From positions 124,001 through 188,000 of the forward strand of contig JAHBMJ010000112.1 in NCBI GenBank assembly GCA_018398765.1: a stretch of 64,000 nucleotides of DNA, written 5' to 3'. Positions 1 to 10,903 of the stretch are shown here, in pieces; the stretch's first letter is position 1; every line of letters starts with the position of its first letter. The position numbers were made by a program, and so were the translations under genes. Under the pieces are notes generated by a model. It was not told the origin of the DNA, did no database searches, and was given only the letters and a program-made list of their open reading frames with translations. The DNA comes from Chromera velia (taxonomy: Eukaryota).

Positions 1-1205
1 AGAAGCGTTGCACTGTTCACAAAAATTGGAAGGTCTGAAAACGCACGTGCGACATAAGTGATTCCACTTCTTCTCGAGTAAAGTGCTGTCCCTGAATACG
101 TGCAGATCTCCTTCTAGTTCCCGGCGTGACCGGAGGTGGGAAATTCCCTCCAAAGAGAAGGCCAGTGACAGAATTCGGACCCGTTCCCGTCCCGACACCA
201 GTCAAAGAGACACCTTCACTCCCTTCTCTCTCCCACTCCATCCTCACCAAGCATCTCTGCTCAAAGGCCGAACCAGTTCTGGGACGCAAAAAAGACTCTA
301 AACACAAAAGAATTACCACACTCCTCGTACATGCAATTGAGCAGAAGGCCTAATATATACCACTCCAAAGTATATAACTCCAAGTACTTTGGAGATTCTC
401 ACGATTTCTCACGATGTCCAATGCCTGCAGGATTTCAAGACCAATGATTGAAGACGGGGGGTCGGCCGGCTGCATAAGGCGCGCCCCGCGTCGGGCGCGC
501 CTGCATGATCGAAAATTAAGCTGCATGAGGCGCCCACCCCCGGCGCCCTACCGAGACCCCGCCCCTCGGAAGTCCGCCAAACCCCGCCAGCCACCGTCTA
601 GGCCGCCGTCTGATACCATACATCATGGACCCTCCGACCCAGACCTACAAACATCTTATAACAACCCCCCTTATTATGTTTCTTCTAGTTCCTTCTTATT
701 CCTTCTAGTTCTTCCGTCCAATTCTTATGCTAAAAGACTCACCTAAGCTGACAATTTTTTAGTTATAACAAATTTTAGTCTGGTGCCTTAAAAAATCTAC
801 AAGTCTTTCAGAAAGACTCGTTTGTGAATTAAAAAACTAGACTGTACGCAATTATATACAATCACACAAAAAAAATAAAGGAAGACAAAATAATGTAAAA
901 TAATGTTAAGGAATGAGCGGCTGCGGGGTTATGGACGGTAAGTGAATCTAGCTTTCATACAAGAATGTTTTTTATTTTAATTTTTTTAATAGAGATTTTA
1001 ATAGTATTTAATATATTTTTAATATACATTTATCATTTTTTTAAACATATTTTCTAATCATTTTTATAAGGTTAGTGTTTACTATTACTAATTTTCTTAC
1101 CAATTTTTTCAGGGTACGTCCGTCATGCAGCGATATACTATGCAGAGCCCGCTATCCAGTCCGCTAGTGGATGGCTTACTTCCGCCTCCAGCATTGTACC
1201 ATCAA

Positions 1206-2876
1206 TTAAGGATAGACCGAAAAAATCGGTTCCTGGAATCCAGCGGGCCTCTTCATGAACAGTGTGAAGCTGTTTTGAAATTTTTTGTGGGGTTCCAGAA
1301 AGGTCATGGTGCTGTAAGAGGAGAGACCGCCCATCCACGCACGCAACTCCAACGCCTCCTTCAAGGAGTCCTTTTCCTTTTCCTCCTTTTTCACGCCAGC
1401 ATCAGCTTGACATGGCTCTGAGGGCCTCTTCAACTCGGAACGAACAGAAGAAGAGTTGGGAGACAAAACCGAAGCGACCATCCCTTTTTCGTCCTCTACA
1501 ACTACTCCGCTGCCTCGCTTTTCAGGAGCGTGCTCGACATGTTCTGCCTTCTGACTACCATCACGGTCGCCGGGCAAAGGCACGTCGAGCCTCGTCTCCG
1601 GAAGAGTGCACCCGACTGCCTCTCGCCTCCCGTCTCCCGTGTCTGGGGGATTCGTGCCGAGCCTGGCCTCAGAAACCTCAGGCCGAGGAGGTCCCTCACC
1701 AGGAGGGGAAGCCGGTACCTTACCTCCCCTTCCTGAGGGTCCTTGGTTTCTCATCACTTCCAACCACTGCCTTGTGAGGAGATTCGTGGCAGTGGAGTGC
1801 ACTGCAATGATTCCCCCCTGTGGACTGAGGATGGGCCAGTAGATTCGAAAGAATTCTGTCAGCCTCTCGCAAGCCCCAAAGTCGACCCAAAAAAAGTCGG
1901 GAACAACATCCGACGGCAACTGACGAGCAAATTCGAACCCATCTGCACGGTGGAGTTTCAAATGCTCGGAGAACCCGAGCTCTTCTGCGATGTCCCCGAT
2001 CTTGTGGGCAGTTGTGTGCTCGTGTTCGAAGTTATCAATGCAATGAAGCACACCTCGGTATTTCTCTCCAACAAATTCTTCAACCCCCCAGTCCCACTCC
2101 CCCTCCCCCCGCGCTCTCTGGTGCTCCATTGCGCGTGAAAAGCCCTTCATCTCCTCTGCATTGTCCCGAAGCGCTTGAAGCAGGAACACTGAGGTGTACC
2201 CTGCACCCACCTCAAGGACATGTCGGGGCTTAGTGAATCGAACCAGCGAATACAAAAGGGGGGCCATGTTTTCAACCCCCATGTGTGCGTCATACAAAGG
2301 CTTCACAGCTTTCAGGAAGACAGGCGAAAACACCCCCCCACACGCTCCACTGGGCAGGAAGTTTTCCACACCTGCTGTTGGAGGGACGATTCCAGATCCT
2401 CCCTCTTCGCCCTCTACCCCCCCCTGCCCTCCCGGTTGAACTTCCACCCTCCTTCCCCGTCTCTTCTCTTCAGCAAGTCTCTTTTGGATCTTTTCGTCAA
2501 AGTCCATGCGCTCTCGCGCTGTTCGGAGGCCCAACACATCAACCATCTCGCGAACGGAAGAACCGACAATCCTTAGCAACGTCTCCCCGTCTACCCGTTC
2601 CTCTGCGATGCGAAGCGCATTTGCCTCGAGCGACTCAGAGGCGGAGACGGCTGTCTCGTCCTTTGTCCCTACAGAGGCGGGGGAGTGCACCCACCTGAAC
2701 CAGGCAGAGGTGTCCTCAGGAGCCCACAGACGTAGCGGCTTCAGGTCCCAAGGCCCCCTCCCAGAAGCAGAGGAAGAGGGGACCTTGATGTCCTCAAGGA
2801 AGAGAAGAAGGTCGTCCATCTCTCCTCCCGTCTCCTCTGCATCGAGGCCAACCTCTGCAACACCAACAGAGGCCAT
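1206..2876 (-). CDS. Class I SAM-dependent methyltransferase (Methyltransf_24-like) with an N-terminal sterile alpha motif-like domain; single exon
   Basis: 556-aa ATG ORF. Motif I region 'LLYSLVRFTKPRHVLEVGAGYTS' is followed by 'LHCIDNF', 'DFFWVDFG' and 'LSPQGGIIAVH'. N-terminal 'RIAEERVDGETLLRI...VLGLRTARERMDFDEKIQKRL' resembles a sterile alpha motif. Confidence 0.8.
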   Translation of the reverse strand: MASVGVAEVGLDAEETGGEMDDLLLFLEDIKVPSSSASGRGPWDLKPLRLWAPEDTSAWFRWVHSPASVGTKDETAVSASESLEANALRIAEERVDGETLLRIVGSSVREMVDVLGLRTARERMDFDEKIQKRLAEEKRRGRRVEVQPGGQGGVEGEEGGSGIVPPTAGVENFLPSGACGGVFSPVFLKAVKPLYDAHMGVENMAPLLYSLVRFTKPRHVLEVGAGYTSVFLLQALRDNAEEMKGFSRAMEHQRARGEGEWDWGVEEFVGEKYRGVLHCIDNFEHEHTTAHKIGDIAEELGFSEHLKLHRADGFEFARQLPSDVVPDFFWVDFGACERLTEFFRIYWPILSPQGGIIAVHSTATNLLTRQWLEVMRNQGPSGRGGKVPASPPGEGPPRPEVSEARLGTNPPDTGDGRREAVGCTLPETRLDVPLPGDRDGSQKAEHVEHAPEKRGSGVVVEDEKGMVASVLSPNSSSVRSELKRPSEPCQADAGVKKEEKEKDSLKEALELRAWMGGLSSYSTMTFLEPHKKFQNSFTLFMKRPAGFQEPIFSVYP

Positions 2877-3480
2877 ACGGTCTGATTGCGTGATTCCGAC
2901 AGCCCGCTCAAGACATCTATCAGATACTCCAGAGAGCTCAGCAGCTTTCTCTGACGTTCAGGCTCACCAGCTTGCAAAGAATGGTGCATGTGCGTTATGA
3001 ATGGTCGGTTAAGTTCGATCAAACATAAGCCATATGCACGGCAAAACTGTCGCATGAGCCTGCAGGGCCGATCACGTACGCGTGTTGCGCGGATCCGTCA
3101 TGCACATGCATATATAGACTCGAGCCAGCCGTCTACGGAAGCGCTTTAATTACTCTTGAAGGTTCCCGCGCACCATTGCAACACATATGCATCGCACAAG
3201 ACATTGAAACATCGTGCAACACTCGTGCATGCACACAGCTGAGCTGCCTAGCTATCTATAAGTTCAAAAGAAGTATATACGTGTTGTACATAGCGTCAGA
3301 GAACTTATTTTGGCTGTTCTACATGTATATGTGTACATCAGAGAGTGTCAGTGGGTTGGGATTGGTCACTCATGCAGCAAAGATCGTATTGCGAGTCGAA
3401 TGAAACATACCACGTCGCGAATGCAGGCAAGAATATTCAACTTGACAATGCAACACTAGCTCGTAAATTCCACAACTCCA

Positions 3481-4095
3481 ATGGCAGACGAAGAGAGAGA
3501 AGTCGTTCTGCAGCCTTGCACGAGGGCAGAGGCAATGCAGGTGGCCGAGTGCAAGGCTGACGCCTTCCCTGAAAAACGAGGAAGGGGCTGCTGCCGAGTA
3601 AGCCGAGAGAAATTTCTCAGAGGCTTTCAGAAGGCGTACAGCCAGTACTCCGACGAGAAGCTTTCCATGTGCTGTGTTGCCAAGCACGGGGAGGAAGTCC
3701 TTGGCTTCATACAGCTGCAGAGTCATGGACAGCCTGGAGATCTAAGTTTTCCGAGTAGCCTCCAGCACGAGTGTGAGCCGAATGAAGTGTACGTTGAGAT
3801 CATCGCAGTGGCTGAGAAAGCCCGGGGAAAAGGAATTGGAAATCGTTTGATGGATTGGGCGGAGCAGTATGCTCTCAGTAAAGGTAGCACGCACATGACT
3901 CTCCATGTCATGGGAGGGAATCGGGCGATCAATTTGTACAAAAAACAGGGATGGTCAGTCCAAGAAGAGGATTGCATCGAGCGCTGCTGCGGAGGCCTCC
4001 TTGTGTGGCTTTGTTTCGGATGCCGTTACACGAGCATCTACCTGATGAGAAAAGACCTCCGGACAAACAACGTGGCACACGAAGAGGTGGCCTGA
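3481..4095 (+). CDS. GNAT-family N-acetyltransferase; single exon
   Basis: 204-aa ORF with acetyl-CoA motif A 'VYVEIIAVAEKARGKGIGNRLM' and motif B 'LHVMGGNRAINLYKKQGW'. Confidence 0.9.
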   Translation: MADEEREVVLQPCTRAEAMQVAECKADAFPEKRGRGCCRVSREKFLRGFQKAYSQYSDEKLSMCCVAKHGEEVLGFIQLQSHGQPGDLSFPSSLQHECEPNEVYVEIIAVAEKARGKGIGNRLMDWAEQYALSKGSTHMTLHVMGGNRAINLYKKQGWSVQEEDCIERCCGGLLVWLCFGCRYTSIYLMRKDLRTNNVAHEEVA

Positions 4096-5061
4096 GGGTG
4101 AAGTGCATGAAATCTGTGTATCGCATACTATCTGTGTTCCCAGACGTCCTTTCTTGCAATGCAGTTGACTGTTCGAATGGACAAGAACTGGGTTACAACA
4201 AAACTGGTGCCTGAAGAAGTTCCTCGAGGCAGAACAGGAGAAGCAGAGGCGCATGTCTATCGATGATTAAAAAAGGGAGAAGAGAAATCGGTTCCCGATA
4301 TCTAGCTGACGGGGGGTCCCTTTAGCGTGCGCATGTGAAGGAAGCCGCACTGAAGATTCCCCAATCGACGTCAATGAACAAGAACACTCTGCTATGGCCC
4401 TGGCCTTCCAATGTCAGATTGAATGTCGCAAATGCGACTCACACTTAAATGAAGTGCCAAAGAAACGATGTAATAATAATGTATAATGAAACTCTTTTGT
4501 GACGGTGGCTTTAATTGGTCGTTTTTCTATTTGGGCAGCATAATATGCCAGTGGCGGCGGTTACTGTTTAAATATTTGCTTAGGTTGTGCTATTTGCTCT
4601 CCTTCTGATTCAAATCTAAATTCAAATTTTATCTAGAATTTTATAGTTTTTTGGAACATAATTTGTTAATGTTGTCATTAGTTATTGTTACTGACTAGTT
4701 TATAAACCCTTAAAGTTAAGTAAGACTTAGTTTAGGACTTAGTAGTAAACCTAGTAGTAAACAAAAAAACTAAAAAAAAAGGGGGGGGCGACTCAGGCTT
4801 AGAGGTTTGCAAGCCAATAACGTATATATATTTTTTTAGATAGTGCTTGTCTTCATGGTACTCGCTTTCGCGGGTATTTGGCTATAGGTACTTGGATAGG
4901 TTACATCATAGGTACGTATTCATAACTACTTGTTTTAATATTATTTTTCTTTTTAATACTTTGAAAATTGGAATGTTTTATGGCTATGCAGTTTTAGTAT
5001 GGTAAATTAATTTATCATCTAGTTTATCATCAATCTGTAGTATTTAATTCTGTACTGTTAG

Positions 5062-6750
5062 TAGTGACCATGTTTGATTTGATTATATTTGATTTGATTT
5101 GATTTGATTTAATTTGAGCTTCAACCTCAAATATTTGATATTTGAGGTAAGATTTGAGGTTAACCTCTTAGAGTTCCTCACTAAGTCACTGACTTACTGT
5201 CACTCTGATCATTTTTCTCATGACAATAGTTATCAGAACATTTCTGATGTATGTTTCAAAAATTTAAAAAAATATATATATATAATTATAACTTATCAGT
5301 TCCGTAAAAAAAATATGCCTGTGTGGCAATGTATATACACTAGTCACTGAGACTCACTCTGATACTAATAGAGATTAAGAACGTAAAATTGATAGATTTG
5401 AAATTGCATATGACTTTTTGCTGATACGATAAAGTTATAGCATATACCAAAATTGAGGTGACAATCACTCAGCTTTATGGCACTTCCTTTTCCTCTTCTT
5501 CATGATCACTTTCTTCAATGTGAATCGAATCGATCGGTGGTAGGAGCTGCTGAGAGCTTTTTCTCTAACTTTTTGGCTTTGTAGGAGTGGGTGCTCCTAG
5601 GCTTTTATTTGGTTGTGGAGAGATGACAACGGGGTGAGATGGAGAACCGCGCACACGTTTGCTATTGCTGTTGGTGTTGGAACCGTCAATCGCCAGGAAC
5701 CCTGACTTTCCTGAATGCGACCACATATCGAGGGTGATCGACACTCGTCGGGTCGCTGCTTTTCTCAACCTGTCTTTGATTGACAGAATAATCTCGTTCT
5801 TCAGTGTTGGGAGCAGAAGTCTCTGCACCTTCCCCACAGACGGGAGATCGTAGCGGGGGTCCAGTGCCTTGACCAGCTTTCGCAATGCCTCGTTTTCTGT
5901 GAGATGAGGCCAGCCAGCACTGGCCAGAAAGTCAGTGGTCAGCATATCGCACTTGATTCTCTTCTCATGCGTCTCTGCATATGGTGCGACCACGGCTTCT
6001 GCTTCATCTTTGGTGGGGAAAAACGTTCGCACGTCAGGCTGCTTCGTCCCCCCCGCCCCCTCCGACCGCTTCTCCTGTCTTTCTTGGAGCAGCTGCACAT
6101 GTTTGTCAGACGTGATCGTCAAGCCATGCTGATTGATGAGGTGGGTTTGAAAAGAACTGGTTGCCGCTGCTGCATACTCACAGCCACAAATAGTTTCTCC
6201 TTCCCCCTCGGCTCCTTGTATTTTCACCTGACACTGAATCACATTTGCCCCCTTTTGCACGGACCATATTTTTTTTGCGTACCCGGCTCTAAAAACAAAT
6301 GCCTCCTTCTTCCCGTTCGACCCTGTCGGATTATGTAACATGTCTTTATGGGGTATAAAATGTTTGCAGACGTTCAAAAAGGGGGCCGTAAAAGATGTTC
6401 CAGCACCAGAAAAGTCAACACAGCTGTTCGGGAAAACGTTCAGCTGATCGGTTTACCTCTGCATGAAGTAAAAGGGGGTGAAACATCAATTTCAGTGCAG
6501 CTCAAAACGTTTTTTTTTTTAGAGCAAACCATCAAGATTTAGGTTTTTTCATTTGAATCAGCATGCGTGACGGATCGGTACTTGCAAAAGTTTTTTGGGG
6601 ACTTTCATATTTGAGGTTGAAAGTCATATTGATCAAATATTTGATCGTATTTGATAGGTCTTTAAACACTAGGTCCTTCCTGACTGGATATTTGATTTGA
6701 GCTTAAGCCCTACCTCAAATCAAATCAAATCAAATCAAACATGGTCACTA
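5062..6750 (-). mobile_element. Internally deleted (non-autonomous) hAT DNA transposon
   Basis: 23-bp TIR TAGTGACCATGTTTGATTTGATT starts at 5062 and its reverse complement ends at 6750. Perfect 8-bp TSD ACTGTTAG at 5054-5061 and 6751-6758. Subterminal GATTT repeats. Confidence 0.95.
5565..6377 (-). pseudogene. Truncated hAT transposase (BED-like zinc finger plus N-terminal part)
   Basis: BED-like 'IQCQVK...ICGCEY...FQTHLINQH', then 'ENEALRKLVKALDPRYDLPS' and the first catalytic Asp motif 'SITLDMWS...GFLAI'. Similarity stops abruptly near 5685 and the rest of the DDE domain is missing. Confidence 0.85.
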
Positions 6751-7998
6751 ACTGTTAGGTCTATGTGGCATACAAAGAACAAAGATTATTCATAAATGTA
6801 ATCTGTACATTTTTTCAGCGCTGGAGGCTCCGGAGTGAACTGCACAGATCGACCACCCGAGGCTGTCCTTGCATTTTGCTGCCTACCCGTCACTTTGCGA
6901 TGACAGGCGGGCAACATTTCTCGACGTTGTTGGACCTGAAAAAGTCTCAGAATCCGATGTTTTTCAGAGCTTTGATCTGTACTAATCATGCAGTGCCTCT
7001 GGCTGCCGGGCCTCTGTCCGGCCTGACTTCGATCATTAATGATCGATCGATCGATTAATTGGCAGACAGAACCCGTTCTGTTCATGCATCCACATGGCAG
7101 TACTACATGGCCAGTCCTGGCATGAATGAAATCTTTCGTCTTGCCGTCGAAAACATCTCAACTGGCACTGGACTGTTGCCCCCTTCTCTTCTCATCGATC
7201 ACCTCTCCTCGTTCATTCCTTTGGCAGAGGTCAAACATGCAAACTGAAATCATTCAAAGGAAGGCTGCAGTAATGAAGTGACTTGCTGTATCGCTCTCTT
7301 TTGCCATCCAACGATCTTGATGATGTCTAATTAGTTGGGCTCAATGAGCCATCACGTCCCTTTCATGTGGAGTCCATCTTTGAAACTCTGTACCCAAGCC
7401 TCCTCTTAAATCTCCCATGCATGTCTTCATATGGCATGCCCCTTCCCTGAGTCCCCTGCAACCCGTCCTTTCGACAAACACCGACGCACGCATTGTAATA
7501 AATTCAAACGAATTTGTCCCTTGACTGCATTTCCTTCCTGCGATTTTGTAATTGTTTATCTGCAGTGGCCGACTGATTGTCGTACACTGGAGGCAAAAAC
7601 AAAGATGCGAATTAAGGAGACCAGAACAAATGCAAATCCTCATTTCTTTCGAAGATCAAGACACAAACAGGTACGCCCAGCGTCTATTTCTCCGTTCGCC
7701 TAGCTGCGCTTCCAATGAATGAATGCATCGATTGGCTATGGTTGGGGGTGCAGTCTGACTGATCCCCCTATCGCCCCCCTTCTCTCTCCCTCCCTCCCTC
7801 CCTCCCTCCCTCCCTCCCGTGTTTTCTGTCTGTCTCTCCACTCTTTCTTTCGTGTACGTTGTTTCTCGACGCACGTTTTCAATTTCATTCTTTCACCTTC
7901 TCAGTCCCACTCGATTCCCTCCGTCCGTCTCATCCTCAATGATCGGTTGTGCATAAATTAAAGTGCAATGCGGGACGCGACCCGTGCGTCTCTTTGAC

Positions 7999-8029
<31 letters not shown>

Positions 8030-8034
<5 letters not shown>

Positions 8035-10857
8035 CGTCCAGAGTGATCTCTGTTCCCTCCTCGGCCTTCCTCTGTCGGCGGGTCGACGCACCTCCAGACG
8101 AGCCTGTAGGTCTGCTGCTCTGATATGTGTGACCACTGGAAACGCTGGACCTCTCTGACTGGGTGTTGTTGTTCTGAGGTCTCTTGGAGGCCTTCGAAGG
8201 CTGTGCACGGCGACGGCACCACCAGCAGTACACGGCGAGGACACCGATGGCTACTGCGCCCACCACTGCGACGAGAACGATCGCCCAGATGGGGAACTCC
8301 GAAGACTCATCTGTAACAACGGTGGAAGAGTTGTCCACTGAGACTGTCGTGGTGGTTGTGCCTGGGCGGGAGGGGGAGGAGGTTTGGGAGGGCGTGCTGG
8401 TAGGAGATGTCCCGGGGCTGCTTGGGGGGGTAGACGGATTACCGGGATTGGAGGGGGAGGATGCGGGGGGAATGGCTGACATGCCGTACTCGAGGGTGGC
8501 TGCTGCCTGGAGGCGTCTGACGACACTTCCCCCTCCCCCGCCTGTTGCACAAGAAAAGGTGAGGGAGCTCATGGGATCTGAGAAGGACAGGGCGCCGGAT
8601 GTCTGGGTGGCCGAACTGAGGTCAAGCTGGAAGGTGGGGGGAGGGCCGAAAGTGGCCGCAGTCTGAGCTCCGGCAAATCCGCTGTGGATTGTGAACGGCT
8701 GGTGGTTGAATGTGCAGACTGCGCTCGGCCACCCTCTTGCGTAGAGGCGCATCCTCGCAGGAGAGCTGAATGTGATTGAGGTCTCCTCGCCTGCAGGGAC
8801 CTGAAGGAGCGTGAGGGTGACGGTTTCGTCTCCGAAGAGTGCAGGGTCGGAGAGCACCTCCGCTGCCCCGACTGTGGCGTTGGCGGTAGCGGGTCCTGAG
8901 AGGGTGACTGTGAGTGAGTCGCCGATGGTGGCTGTGATGGAGTCCTGATCGTCTGTCGGGGGCGTGATGGTGATGGGAGTAAAAGGGATGCCGGTAGTGG
9001 TGGTGGTGGTGGTCGTGATGGTCGTCGTAGTGGTTGTGGTCCCCTCGATGCAGGTGAAGCTGCCCGTAGTGTCAACGCAGGTGTCGTTGGCAGAGCAGCT
9101 GTGCGTCATGTCTGTGCACTCGTTAATGTCTGCAGGGGAGAGGAAATTGTAGAAAATGTGCCACAGAATTTTCGCAAGAGCCTTGGGACTTTTGGGCGCA
9201 GGGACATGGGAAGGGCCTTCATGCGTTCCAAGATGAGAAAGAAAACAAGATACTTGGTAAAATAGATGTGAGAAAAGCATCCAATGGCTGGAAAACATGA
9301 AATGACCATGTAAGAGAGATGCAGGCCCACCACAAACAAGAAAGAAGACGCATCCGTGATCAGGGAAGATCGGGAACTTGCTCACCCACTTACTCACTCA
9401 CTCGAGTGAACCTGCACTTCACTTTTCCTCACTCTGCCTCCATGCAGTTCTGAAAGCAGAAGATGAAATTATCTTCCTCCTGTCTTTCCTTCTCGCAGCT
9501 TCTTTTCGACAGTTTGCAGAAGCACCACTCACTTGTGCAGCTGACGCCGTCTCCATTGAATCCCATGTTGCATTCGCACGTGAAGGAGGCGTCTGTGTCG
9601 TTGCATGAAGCGTTGGCGTGGCAGTTGTTGTCCGTCATGTTGCCGCACTCATCGAAGAAAGCTGTGGACACCGAGGGAGCGAGGGGGGGAAAGGGGTACA
9701 TGCATGAGATTGGGCGGCAATTTGCAAAACATTTCTTTGCAGAAAAAGGGAAGAAGACGCACATGAATGAAACGGGGATTCCTGAACGGGCACGCACGCA
9801 CTCACTACCAAGACCAGACCACTGTTGCATGCTGACGGCCAAACACCCAGAGCTGCCAGCTTTCACATCAAAGCATTCTTTGATGAGGTTTTTTATCGAA
9901 AAGCAAAGCCCCAACGGTGGGCGCTGCCACTTCCCAGAGGCCCAGCTCCAGGCTTACCGGTGCAGGTGAGACCATCTCCAGAGAAGCCATCGCTACAGGC
10001 GCATGTGAAGGACATGTCCGTGTCTGTGCACGTCGCGTTGCTGTGGCAGTTATCGGTCATGTCAGAACACTCATCGACCAGAGCGGTGCAGGAAAGGCCG
10101 TCTCCCGTAAAGCCGGAGTTGCATGCACACTCAAAGCTGCCGTCTGTGTTGGTGCAGTCAGCGTTCGTGTCGCAGTTGTGCACATTGTCCGCGCACTCAA
10201 ATGCATCTGCATTCACTCACTCAGCCATTTAGTCAATCAGCAATCAAAAGAATGACGCCACACACACACGCATTCAAATCAGGTCACTTTAAAATTCCAA
10301 AGATGCTGTGGCAAACTGAAGACGATCGCATCTCTTGCAATCTGTGCAGCACGTATGCTTGGTGACGCCATGAAAAGAAAAGACAGCGGTACTGCTGCAC
10401 ATGTGCTGCTCGCTCCAACACCGGCCGAGAAAGATCCAGAGAACATTAATTGTGGCACAAACCCGATGCAGGAGGAGCGAAAAAAGGCAAGAAAGAAAAA
10501 GTAGATCGAAACGCGCTCACTCACCAAAACAGGAGACCCCATCGCTTCCTGTGTACCCGGTGTTGCACGCACACTCAAAGCTGCCCTCCGTGTCCGTGCA
10601 CGCGGCGTTCTGATTGCAGTTGTGGTTTCCCAATTGGCATTCGTTGATGGCTGCAATGATCATGCACAGAGAACAGCGGGAACAGAAACGTGTCAACACC
10701 TCAACTTGCCTCCAAATATGCTTCTCAACCCTGCTTACGCCCCCAGTGAAGGAACGAAGACGAGAGCAGGAGAGGCAAGAAAAAGGGAAGGAGAGAAAAA
10801 CGGAGGAGAAAAAAGACGAATGCAACGATGCTGTAAGGCCATTCATTGCAAACCAGG

Positions 10858-10903
<46 letters not shown>

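Noticed and set aside
17..746. Short ORFs at the window start
   Set aside because: No recognisable motif; possibly the edge of a decayed element or gene extending outside the window.
7025..7062. Short palindromes GATCATTAATGATC / (GATC)n
   Set aside because: Too short and low-complexity to assign a function.
8030..9397. 455-aa ORF as a standalone gene (likewise 37737-38786)
   Set aside because: Each is the terminal exon of an EGF gene; the N-terminal part of the 455-aa ORF is intron read-through above the acceptor at ~9131.
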